This document shows positions 46,430 to 54,943 of a DNA stretch of 64,000 bases, one piece after another. The position numbers and the translations under genes are program-made. The stretch's first letter is position 1. Every line of letters begins with the position of its first letter. Source of the stretch: Clostridia bacterium (GTDB lineage Bacteria > Bacillota > Clostridia > TANB77 > CAG-508). Location of the stretch: NCBI GenBank assembly GCA_017613275.1, contig JAGAED010000017.1:69300-133299 (forward strand), read 5' to 3'. The notes below the pieces were generated by a model that saw nothing but the letters and a program-made list of their open reading frames with translations, had not been told where the DNA came from and searched no databases.

Positions 46430-49159
46430 ATGCCAAGCAATAGTGGAAATAGAAGAAGACAAACAAAAAGTGGAACACATAGCAAAACACATTCTACAAG
46501 AAGAACATCAAAGGAAAGGACAGACTTAGATAAGACACAAAGATTTAGAGCAGAAAAAAATTCAGCTACTAGAAAAAATGTTAAAGAAGATGGAAAAACA
46601 AGGGTAATGAAGTCAATTGATGACATACCAAATAAAAACAAAAAGAAAAAACATAAGAAACATCCTAAACTTATGTTAGCTTTAAAAATCTTTATTATTC
46701 TAGTTTTACTAATCTGTATTGCAGGAGCTGGAATTATAGCAGCATTATTCTTTGGGGTTTTTGGAAATGATTTTGAAATAACAAAAGAGGATTTAGTTAT
46801 TTCGGCATCAAACTCAAAGATTGTAGATGTTAACGGAAACGTAATTGCCGACTTAAGTGGAGATGAAAAGAGAAAAATTGTATCATTGGATCAAATGGCA
46901 CCATATCTTCCAAAAGCTTATATAGCAATTGAAGATGAAAGATTCTATGAACATGATGGAGTCGATTTAAAAAGAACATTTGGAGCGATTGTAGGAAAAT
47001 TATTTGGAAAAGGTTCTTATGGTGGAAGTACAATTACGCAACAATTAGTAAAAAATATTACTAAAGATGATGAAACTTCAGGCATGGAAGGAATCATGAG
47101 AAAAATTAGAGAATGGGCCAAAGCATACCAAGTTGAAAGAATGATTTCTAAAGACCAAATCTTAGAATTATACTTAAATATTCTATATATTGGTGGTGAA
47201 GGAAACTTACATGGAGTTGAACTTGGCGCAGAATATTACTTTAATAAAACTGCAAAAGACTTAGATTTAGCAGAATGTTCATTCTTAGCTGGAATAAATA
47301 GTCAACCAAACTATTACAATCCATATAAATTATATAATGAAAATGATACAGAGGAAAAACGTGCAGAAAGAATTAAATCTAAATGTTTAACAGTTCTTGG
47401 AAAAATGAAAGAGCTAAACATGATAGAAAACGAAGATGATTATAATGCAGCTGTTGAAAAAGTAAAAAATGGATTACCATTCCAAAAGGCAGCATCAAAT
47501 TCAGGAGGAGTATATTCATATCATACAGATGCATTAATAGAACAAGTTATAAATCAAGTAATGGAAGAGAAGAATTGCACTAGAGAAATTGCTGAAAACT
47601 ACATATATGGTAGTGGTTTAACAATTTACTCAACAGTAGATACATCAATTCAATCAACAATGGAAGAAACTTTTGGAAATGCTGCAAAATATCAAAGAAC
47701 ATCAAATAGCGGACAAAAATCACAATCTGGTATGGTTGTTCTAGATTATAAAACAGGATATGTTTTAGGTGTAGTAGGTGGAATAGGAACCAAAACAGAA
47801 GCAAGAGGATTGAACAGAGCAACACAAAGTTACAGGCAAACAGGTTCTTCAATGAAACCATTAGCAACAGTAGCGCCAGGTCTACAAGAAAAAGTAATTC
47901 AAGCATCTACAGTTTATGATGATGCATCAACATTATTTGATAATACATATAAACCAGTAAACTACAATTATTTTAGAGGCCTAATAAATATAAGAGAGTT
48001 TATAAAAACTTCTCAAAATATACCAGCAGTAAAAATAATGAAAGAATTAACACCAGCAAAATCAATAGACTATATGAGAAAAATGGGAATGAACAATTTA
48101 TATAAAAATGGAGAAAGTGATAAATATAGTGACGAGAACTTACCGCTTTCAATAGGTGGACTAAACCATGGTGTTACAGTACTAGATATGGCGACAGGTT
48201 ATGGATGTTTAGCTAATGGTGGAGAAAGCATTACACCTACATTCTATTCAAAAATAGAAGATTCACATGGTAATGTTGTAATGACACCAAACCAAACAAG
48301 ACAAAGAGCAATATCTACCCAAAATGCTTATATTACAACAAGTATATTACAAGAACCAGTAAAAGGAGGAACAGCTTCTTATTGTGCAATTTCTGGTATA
48401 GATGTTGCAGCAAAAACTGGTACATCAGAAAATGAAAAAGATAGATGGTTATGCGGTTATACACCATACTATTCAGCTGCATGTTGGTACGGATATGATA
48501 ACCCAGAATATGTATCATACAGAGGGGCAAGCACAAACCCAGCAGGAGACTTATGGGATGCAGTTATGACAAAAATACATCAAGGTAAAGAAAGCGCAAG
48601 ATTTACAAAACCAGAAGGAATTGTTACTGCAAATGTATGTAGAGCAACAGGATGCTTAGCAGCAGAAGGTTGTACAGATACTTACCAAGAAATATTCACA
48701 AGTGACAACATGCCACCAAGATGTGAAGGTCATGGATCACAAGAAATATGTAAAGAATCAGGAAAATTAGCAAATGAATATTGCACAGATAAAGAAATTC
48801 AAGCTTATGGTCTAGTTGTTCCAAAAGAAAAACTAAACTTATGGAAGCCTTTAGGGCAAACAGCAAAGAATGCTCAAAAAATTGAAGAAGTTTGTGATAT
48901 TCATAAAAAACCAGAAGAACCAAAAGAAGAGCCTAAAAAGGAAGAACCTAAAAAAGAAGAGAAAAAGGAAGACGAAAATTCAACAAATACTAATTCAGGA
49001 AACACAAATACAAACTCAGGAAATACAAACACCAATACAGGAAATACAAACACAGGAAACAATTCAGGAAATAATTCTGGAGGCAATTCTGGTGGTGGAG
49101 AATCAGGTGGAAACGCAGGAGGCAATACAGGCGGTGGAGAAAAACCAAAAACACCATAA
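46430..49159 (+). CDS. Class A penicillin-binding protein (PBP1A type) with a low-complexity Asn/Gly/Thr tail
   Basis: Transglycosylase motifs EDERFYEHDGVD and GGSTITQQL. Transpeptidase motifs SSMKP and KTGT. Confidence 0.9.
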   Translation: MPSNSGNRRRQTKSGTHSKTHSTRRTSKERTDLDKTQRFRAEKNSATRKNVKEDGKTRVMKSIDDIPNKNKKKKHKKHPKLMLALKIFIILVLLICIAGAGIIAALFFGVFGNDFEITKEDLVISASNSKIVDVNGNVIADLSGDEKRKIVSLDQMAPYLPKAYIAIEDERFYEHDGVDLKRTFGAIVGKLFGKGSYGGSTITQQLVKNITKDDETSGMEGIMRKIREWAKAYQVERMISKDQILELYLNILYIGGEGNLHGVELGAEYYFNKTAKDLDLAECSFLAGINSQPNYYNPYKLYNENDTEEKRAERIKSKCLTVLGKMKELNMIENEDDYNAAVEKVKNGLPFQKAASNSGGVYSYHTDALIEQVINQVMEEKNCTREIAENYIYGSGLTIYSTVDTSIQSTMEETFGNAAKYQRTSNSGQKSQSGMVVLDYKTGYVLGVVGGIGTKTEARGLNRATQSYRQTGSSMKPLATVAPGLQEKVIQASTVYDDASTLFDNTYKPVNYNYFRGLINIREFIKTSQNIPAVKIMKELTPAKSIDYMRKMGMNNLYKNGESDKYSDENLPLSIGGLNHGVTVLDMATGYGCLANGGESITPTFYSKIEDSHGNVVMTPNQTRQRAISTQNAYITTSILQEPVKGGTASYCAISGIDVAAKTGTSENEKDRWLCGYTPYYSAACWYGYDNPEYVSYRGASTNPAGDLWDAVMTKIHQGKESARFTKPEGIVTANVCRATGCLAAEGCTDTYQEIFTSDNMPPRCEGHGSQEICKESGKLANEYCTDKEIQAYGLVVPKEKLNLWKPLGQTAKNAQKIEEVCDIHKKPEEPKEEPKKEEPKKEEKKEDENSTNTNSGNTNTNSGNTNTNTGNTNTGNNSGNNSGGNSGGGESGGNAGGNTGGGEKPKTP

Positions 49160-49202
49160 CAAAAACAAAAAGAGAATTTGCAAAAGCAAATTCTCTTTTT
49201 TT

Positions 49203-49241
49203 AAACCTTGTTTTTTGGGACACTCCGCAAAAACAAGGTTT
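49203..49241 (+). terminator. GGGACAC-apex palindromic terminator
   Basis: aaaccttgtttttt-gggacactccg-caaaaacaaggttt, almost the same element as 4591-4630. Confidence 0.7.
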
Positions 49242-49297
49242 TATAAATTATAGTATATTTTTAAAAAAATTGTGAAAAATATATTTAGGTGATATTT

Positions 49298-49444
49298 ATG
49301 AAATATGATAAAACTAAAAAAGAATATGGGGAAGACGCTACAAAATACGGTGAATTTGTTTCAAGTTATTTTGGCTGGGTATCGTTAGAAGAACAAAAGA
49401 AACAAGTAGAAAAGTTAGAAAATATTACGAAAAAGAAAGATTAA
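49298..49444 (+). CDS. Possible small protein (48 aa)
   Basis: MKYDKTKKEYGEDATKYGEFVSSYFGWVSLEEQKKQVEKLENITKKKD*, with AGGTGA upstream. Below the ORF-track length cutoff. Confidence 0.3.
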   Translation: MKYDKTKKEYGEDATKYGEFVSSYFGWVSLEEQKKQVEKLENITKKKD

Positions 49445-49484
49445 ACGAGAAATTAAATGCTTTTTGAATAAAATTAGAAAGGAA

Positions 49485-49568
49485 AGGTCAGAAAAGGTCA
49501 AAAAGTGGCATTGAATTATTTTCTGGCCGTAGTATAATTATTATAGGTCAAAGAAAGTCAAAGTCAAA
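49485..49568 (+). promoter_or_regulatory. ctsR promoter flanked by two CtsR operators
   Basis: aGGTCAGAaaaGGTCAAA (49485-49502). TTGAAT (49511), 16 nt, TATAAT (49533-49538). aGGTCAAAgaaAGTCAAAGTCAAA (49545-49568). These match the CtsR heptad direct-repeat consensus. Confidence 0.7.
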
Positions 49569-49583
49569 AATGGAGGTAAAAAT

Positions 49584-50027
49584 ATGCGAGTATCAGATTT
49601 AATAGAAGAATTCATAAAGGAAATGTTCAACGATGAACAGTACATAGAAATCCAAAGGAATGATTTGGCACAGCATTTTAATTGTGTGCCGTCACAAATA
49701 AACTATGTAATTTCGACAAGATTTAAACCATCACAGGGGTATTATGTAGAAAGCAAACGCGGTGGTGGAGGGTGCATTAGAATTCAAAGAGTAAATTTAG
49801 AAAAAGAGGAATATTTAATGCATATTATTAATAATATACAAAATGAAATAACGCAAAATGAAGTTGATATTTTAATTAGCGACTTTTTGTCTTATAATTT
49901 GATCTTGCCAAAAGAAGCCAAACTATTAAAGGTCGCAACAAGTGACAATGTGCTTACACTTGGCGCAGATGTTAAAGATAAAATTCGTGCTAAGATTTTT
50001 AAAAATATGTTACTTAATTTAATTTAA
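49584..50027 (+). CDS. ctsR: Class III stress-gene repressor CtsR
   Basis: 147 aa, MRVSDLIEEFIKEM.., ESKRGGGGCIRI glycine loop, with CtsR boxes upstream and clpC downstream. Confidence 0.9.
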   Translation: MRVSDLIEEFIKEMFNDEQYIEIQRNDLAQHFNCVPSQINYVISTRFKPSQGYYVESKRGGGGCIRIQRVNLEKEEYLMHIINNIQNEITQNEVDILISDFLSYNLILPKEAKLLKVATSDNVLTLGADVKDKIRAKIFKNMLLNLI

Positions 50028-50031
50028 TAAC

Positions 50032-50170
50032 AATATGTAAAAAGATTAGAGAATTCATCAAAAGCGAGTATTACAAGGCAAAATTTTATGAAAAAAGCGG
50101 AGTGTACAAAGGTACATGAGCATTTTTGAATAAAATTTTAACACAGTAAGACGAAGCTTTTCATGGATTC
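50032..50170. repeat. ~140-nt long imperfect hairpin between ctsR and clpC
   Basis: gaattcatcaaaagc .. gcttttcatggattc outer arms, aaaattttat core arms, apex gtgtacaaaggtacat. It begins with caatatgtaaaa, like the A repeats. Confidence 0.55.
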
Positions 50171-50187
50171 GAAAGGAGGAAGTAGAA

Positions 50188-52908
50188 ATGAAATGTGATT
50201 ACTGTGGCAAAAATAATGCCAACATAAGATATTATAAAAATATAAATGGTATAGAAAAACAAATGAATTTATGCGAAGAATGTAGCAGAAAATTAGGAAT
50301 AGCAAATGAAATGAACTTCGACATGTCTATGGATTTACCAAACTTATTTAATAACATTTTCGAGGATTTTGAAACACCAAGTTTGTTAAATTTAGTATCT
50401 GAAAGAAGTGATTTGAGTCGCAATAGAAGTAGCAATTCTTATGAAGAGTTTAATAAGGAGAGGAAAAATATGACTTATAATTATACAGAAAGAGCTAAAA
50501 AAGCTATTGAAATTGCTAATGATATTGCAGAGGAATTGGGCCATAGCTATATTGGAACAGAACATATATTATATGGTTTGTGTAAAGAAGGAAATGGAGT
50601 TGCATCTAGAGTTCTAGAAAATCAAAATATAAATTCAGAAGACATTTTAAATAAAATAGAAGAATTAATTGGTCGAGAAACCAAAATCGATGAAACATTG
50701 GGATTTACGCCTCGTACTAAAAGAGTAATTGAAAATGCATTTTTAGAGGCAAGAAAATTAAACTTTAATTATATAGGAACAGAACATCTTTTAATTGGTA
50801 TTCTAAGGGAAGGAGACAGTATTGCTTCAAGAATTCTATTAGATTTAAATGTAAACATACCTAAACTATATAATGAAATAATAAAAGTTATTAGCGAGGG
50901 AGAAGAAGAATTAAATAATGTAGATACTAAAAATGGACAAGGAAAAAACGGAAGCTTTAATTCAACTCCAACTTTAAATCAATTTGGAGAGGATTTAACA
51001 AAAAAGGCGGAAGCCGGAAAGTTGGATCCTGTAATTGGTAGAAAATCAGAGATTGAAAGGGTAATTCAAATTTTGTCTAGAAGAACAAAAAACAATCCAT
51101 GTTTAATTGGTGAACCAGGTGTTGGTAAAACAGCTGTTGTAGAAGGTTTGGCACAAAAGATAGTTTCAGGCGATGTGCCAGAAATCCTAAAAGGAAAAAG
51201 AGTTGTAACTGTTGATTTATCAAGCATGGTAGCAGGTTCAAAATATAGAGGGGATTTTGAAGAAAGAATCAAAAAAGCTCTAAATGAAGTAAAAAAATCA
51301 GGAGATATAATTTTATTTATAGATGAAATTCACACAATAGTTGGAGCTGGTGCAGCAGATGGTGCAATTGATGCAGCAAATATTATGAAACCACTCTTAG
51401 CAAGAGGAGAGATTCAATTAGTTGGTGCAACAACTTTAAATGAATATAGAAAATATATAGAAAAAGATTCAGCTTTGGAGAGAAGGTTTAGCCCTGTAAA
51501 TATAAATGAACCAACAGAAAAAGACACAATTCAAATTTTGAAAGGTTTAAGGGATAAATATGAAGCACACCATAATGTGAAAATTTCGGATGAAGCGATA
51601 GACGCAGCAGTTAAGCTTTCTACAAGATATATAAATGACAGATTCTTGCCAGATAAAGCAATAGATTTAATTGACGAGGCTGCTTCAAGAGCAAGAATTA
51701 AAACATATACAGAACCAGACGATTTAAAAGAATTACAAGCCAAATTAGAAGAAGTTGGCAAAAATAAAGAAGAAGCAATTTTGAATCAAAAATTTGAGAA
51801 AGCAGCAGAATTAAGAGATGAAGAAAGAAAAATAAAAGAACAATTTGAAAAAGAAGAAAGCAAATGGAAAAATAAAAATACAAAATCTGTTGTAAATATT
51901 ACAGAAGAAAACATTGCAGAAGTAATAGCTTCTTGGACAGGAATTCCTGCTAAAAAGCTTACAGAAGACGATAACAAAAAGTTAAAAGATCTAGAAGCAA
52001 ATCTTCATAAGAGGGTAATTGGTCAAAATGAAGCAGTAGAAGCAGTTGCAAAAGCTATAAAAAGAGGAAGAGTAGGGCTAAAAGACCCCAAACGTCCAAT
52101 AGGTTCATTCTTATTTTTAGGACCAACAGGTGTAGGAAAAACAGAACTTTCAAAAGCACTTGCTGAATGCTTATTTGGTGACGAAAATGCAATGATAAGA
52201 GTGGATATGTCAGAATATATGGAACCACATTCTGTATCCAAATTGATAGGTTCTCCCCCAGGTTATGTGGGATTTGAAGAAGGTGGCCAATTAACTGAAA
52301 AAATTAGAAGAAAACCATATTCAGTAATATTATTTGACGAAATTGAAAAAGCACATCCAGATGTAATGAATATGTTGCTTCAAATCTTAGAAGATGGTCG
52401 TCTAACAGATAGCCAAGGTAGAACAGTTAATTTTAAAAATACAGTAATAATAATGACATCAAATATAGGCGCAAGGCTAATTACAGATAAAAAATCATTA
52501 GGATTTGCTGAGGCCAAAGAGGATGCTCAAAAAGATTATGAAGAAACTAAAAAGGAAGTTATTCAAGTTCTAAAAAAAGAGCTTAGACCAGAATTTATAA
52601 ATCGTATTGATGAAATTATCGTGTTCCATAAACTAAATGACGAAGAAATTGGACAAATAATTGATATAATGTTAAAAGATGTTGTTAACAGACTAAAAGA
52701 CCAAAAAATTGATGTTAAAATTGAAAATGAAGTTAAAGATATTATTGCAAAACAAGGAATTGATAAGAATTTCGGAGCTAGACCATTAAGAAGAACAATT
52801 CAAAATATGTTAGAAGATATGCTTGCTGAGCAAATCTTGGATGGAAAGCTTAAGAAAAACGAACTTGCAGTTGTTGGAGTTGAAAATGAAAAAATTGTAA
52901 TAAAATAA
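50188..52908 (+). CDS. clpC: ClpC ATPase with an in-frame N-terminal McsA-like zinc-finger extension (canonical ClpC start at 50470)
   Basis: CDYCGK..(n)..CEEC in the first 35 aa. From MTYNYTERAKKAIE: Clp_N repeats, GEPGVGKT, GPTGVGKT. An internal SD AAGGAGAGG lies before ATG 50470. Confidence 0.9.
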   Translation: MKCDYCGKNNANIRYYKNINGIEKQMNLCEECSRKLGIANEMNFDMSMDLPNLFNNIFEDFETPSLLNLVSERSDLSRNRSSNSYEEFNKERKNMTYNYTERAKKAIEIANDIAEELGHSYIGTEHILYGLCKEGNGVASRVLENQNINSEDILNKIEELIGRETKIDETLGFTPRTKRVIENAFLEARKLNFNYIGTEHLLIGILREGDSIASRILLDLNVNIPKLYNEIIKVISEGEEELNNVDTKNGQGKNGSFNSTPTLNQFGEDLTKKAEAGKLDPVIGRKSEIERVIQILSRRTKNNPCLIGEPGVGKTAVVEGLAQKIVSGDVPEILKGKRVVTVDLSSMVAGSKYRGDFEERIKKALNEVKKSGDIILFIDEIHTIVGAGAADGAIDAANIMKPLLARGEIQLVGATTLNEYRKYIEKDSALERRFSPVNINEPTEKDTIQILKGLRDKYEAHHNVKISDEAIDAAVKLSTRYINDRFLPDKAIDLIDEAASRARIKTYTEPDDLKELQAKLEEVGKNKEEAILNQKFEKAAELRDEERKIKEQFEKEESKWKNKNTKSVVNITEENIAEVIASWTGIPAKKLTEDDNKKLKDLEANLHKRVIGQNEAVEAVAKAIKRGRVGLKDPKRPIGSFLFLGPTGVGKTELSKALAECLFGDENAMIRVDMSEYMEPHSVSKLIGSPPGYVGFEEGGQLTEKIRRKPYSVILFDEIEKAHPDVMNMLLQILEDGRLTDSQGRTVNFKNTVIIMTSNIGARLITDKKSLGFAEAKEDAQKDYEETKKEVIQVLKKELRPEFINRIDEIIVFHKLNDEEIGQIIDIMLKDVVNRLKDQKIDVKIENEVKDIIAKQGIDKNFGARPLRRTIQNMLEDMLAEQILDGKLKKNELAVVGVENEKIVIK

Positions 52909-52990
52909 TTTTTTGTGAGAAAAAATGTTGACTTAATTATTTTTTATGTGTATAATTCAATCATAAAAATATAAATAGGGGGAAAGAAAA

Positions 52991-53539
52991 ATGGAAGAAA
53001 ATTCTACAAACACAACAACTGAGACAAAAACAAGTTGGTTTAAATCTCATATGACAGTATGCATAATCTCTGCTGTAGTTGTTATAGCAGTTGTGGTTGC
53101 ATTAGTATTTATACTTGGAAACAATGGAGGTAAAAGTCCAGAAGAAGTTGTTAAAACTTATGTAGCAGCAATGCAAGAAGGAAACTCAGACAAAATAATG
53201 AGCATAACAGATGTTAAAGGTGTATGCGCTTGGGAAAAATGCGGAAGAGATGCTTCTAAATTCGAAGAAACATACAAAAGCATTTCAGATGACGAAGCTA
53301 AAAAATATGAGTCAACAGCTAAATCAGGATTAGATACAGCTATGGGATTATTAAAATCTTTTGGTGGTGTTGAAATGTCAATCAACAACATAGAAAAACC
53401 AGAAGAATTAGCTACAAACTTATTTAAAGTTAATGCTAACGTAAAAATGAAAGTTTCTGTATTTGGTATAGAACAAGAACAAGACCAAAATATGTCATTA
53501 GTAGTTTACAATGGTAGATTCATTGGCGAAGCAAAATAG
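52991..53539 (+). CDS. Membrane-anchored hypothetical protein (182 aa)
   Basis: Single TM segment (VCIISAVVVIAVVVALVFIL) followed by a soluble domain. Confidence 0.55.
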   Translation: MEENSTNTTTETKTSWFKSHMTVCIISAVVVIAVVVALVFILGNNGGKSPEEVVKTYVAAMQEGNSDKIMSITDVKGVCAWEKCGRDASKFEETYKSISDDEAKKYESTAKSGLDTAMGLLKSFGGVEMSINNIEKPEELATNLFKVNANVKMKVSVFGIEQEQDQNMSLVVYNGRFIGEAK

Positions 53540-53563
53540 TTTATACAAATAAAAGAGAGCAGT

Positions 53564-54196
53564 TTAACTGCTCTCTTTATGATTCTGGGACTGTTTTAAT
53601 CTTTCTTTATGTTCCGCTAGGGCCACATAGTCTTCAATCCTTGACTGCACATATTCTTCGTAAGGGATACGGTATACATCGTTTTCATCATACCTATTGT
53701 GCGATGAATTTGCGTCTATAATTGTTTTGTAGAGAAATATGTTGTCAGATAGTACCAGATTTGGGATAATATAATGCCCATATTCTCCAGTTGGGATAAG
53801 GTCAAACCTTATTTTTCCAACATATAAAGAATTTCTACTACCAAAATAGTCTATTACTACCTTTGCAGCAAGTCTACCAAAATGTTTTAAAGAGGCTCTG
53901 ATTTCATAATCCAGGTTCCCTCCGGCTATACAGGAGTTATGAAAGTTACGCCAGAAGCCTACTTCAATTGTATTTTGGCGGCTCTTTTTGGATGTGAAAG
54001 TAACGTACGCCCAGATATTGAGTATCTCTGGTGTTGTTGCCAAGATTATACTGTCATCAATCCGCTCATTTGGTTCCCAGAACCGTATCCGAGACTTTTC
54101 ATCTAAATGAACCTTGATAAGTTCAATGATTTCGTCTTGGATTTTTGTTTCCATCTCTTCGAAAGATGGAATACTGTTGTTTGCAGCGCTACTCAT
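53564..54196 (-). CDS. Hypothetical protein (210 aa) with atypical composition
   Basis: Minus-strand ORF with GGAGG upstream. Hand counts give ~37-42% G+C in most 60-nt blocks, against ~30% for neighbours. Confidence 0.55.
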   Translation of the reverse strand: MSSAANNSIPSFEEMETKIQDEIIELIKVHLDEKSRIRFWEPNERIDDSIILATTPEILNIWAYVTFTSKKSRQNTIEVGFWRNFHNSCIAGGNLDYEIRASLKHFGRLAAKVVIDYFGSRNSLYVGKIRFDLIPTGEYGHYIIPNLVLSDNIFLYKTIIDANSSHNRYDENDVYRIPYEEYVQSRIEDYVALAEHKERLKQSQNHKESS

Positions 54197-54393
54197 GAAA
54201 TAACCTCCTTTGTAGCTGACTCAAGTTGTTTACGTATGACAATATTATAATACAAATTGAAGAAAAAAGCAAGAATTATGTAAAATCTTCTAAATTGGTG
54301 ATGCGAAAAAAACATAAAAAAATAATTTTTTTAATATTTACTGTAACTTTTTTTATGATATAATTGTATAAGAAATAGAAGGAGGATAAAAAA

Positions 54394-54943
54394 GTGGAAC
54401 AAAAAACTGACAAAGAGTTGTACCATGAGTTTTTAGAACGGTAACAAAGCAAGTTTTGAAGAAATAGTTATAAGGCACAAAGATAAGCTTATATATTTCA
54501 TTTATCGTTATGTAAAAAGCGTAGATATAGCAGAAGACATAGCACAAGATGTTTTTGTTTATCTATTAATACATAAAGAAAATTATGATTTTAACTATTC
54601 TTTAAAAACATACTTATTTACAATTGCCAAGACAAAGGCTCTAAATTTTTTAAAAAGAGAAAAAAGGATTGTTCAAATAAATGAAAATGATGTTTATGAT
54701 GTTCAAACGCTCGAAGAAAGAGTATTTTTAAATGAACGCAAAAATAATCTTAAAAAAGCAATAGCAACTTTAAAACCAGATTATCAAAGAGCAATATATT
54801 TGGCAGATATAGAAGAATTAAGTTATAAGGAAATAGGTCAAATATTACAAAAATCAGAATCTGGAATAAAAGTTTTAATACACCGCGCAAGACAGCAATT
54901 GGAGAGTATTGTAAGAAAGGAGGCTGGGAAATATGAAGGATAA
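54394..54943 (+). pseudogene. ECF-type sigma-70 family factor, frameshifted after codon ~15
   Basis: SD+GTG 54394 gives VEQKTDKELYHEFLER* (stop 54442). The +1 frame from 54437 continues NGNKASFEEIVIRHKDKL...DYQRAIYLADIEELSYKEIGQIL..HRARQQL, with no in-frame start codon. Confidence 0.6.

Noticed and set aside
48870-49253. Alternative-frame ORFs (127, 74 and 77 aa) over the end of PBP1A
   Set aside because: These are products of the low-complexity Asn/Gly/Thr/Lys-Glu repeat region read in other frames.
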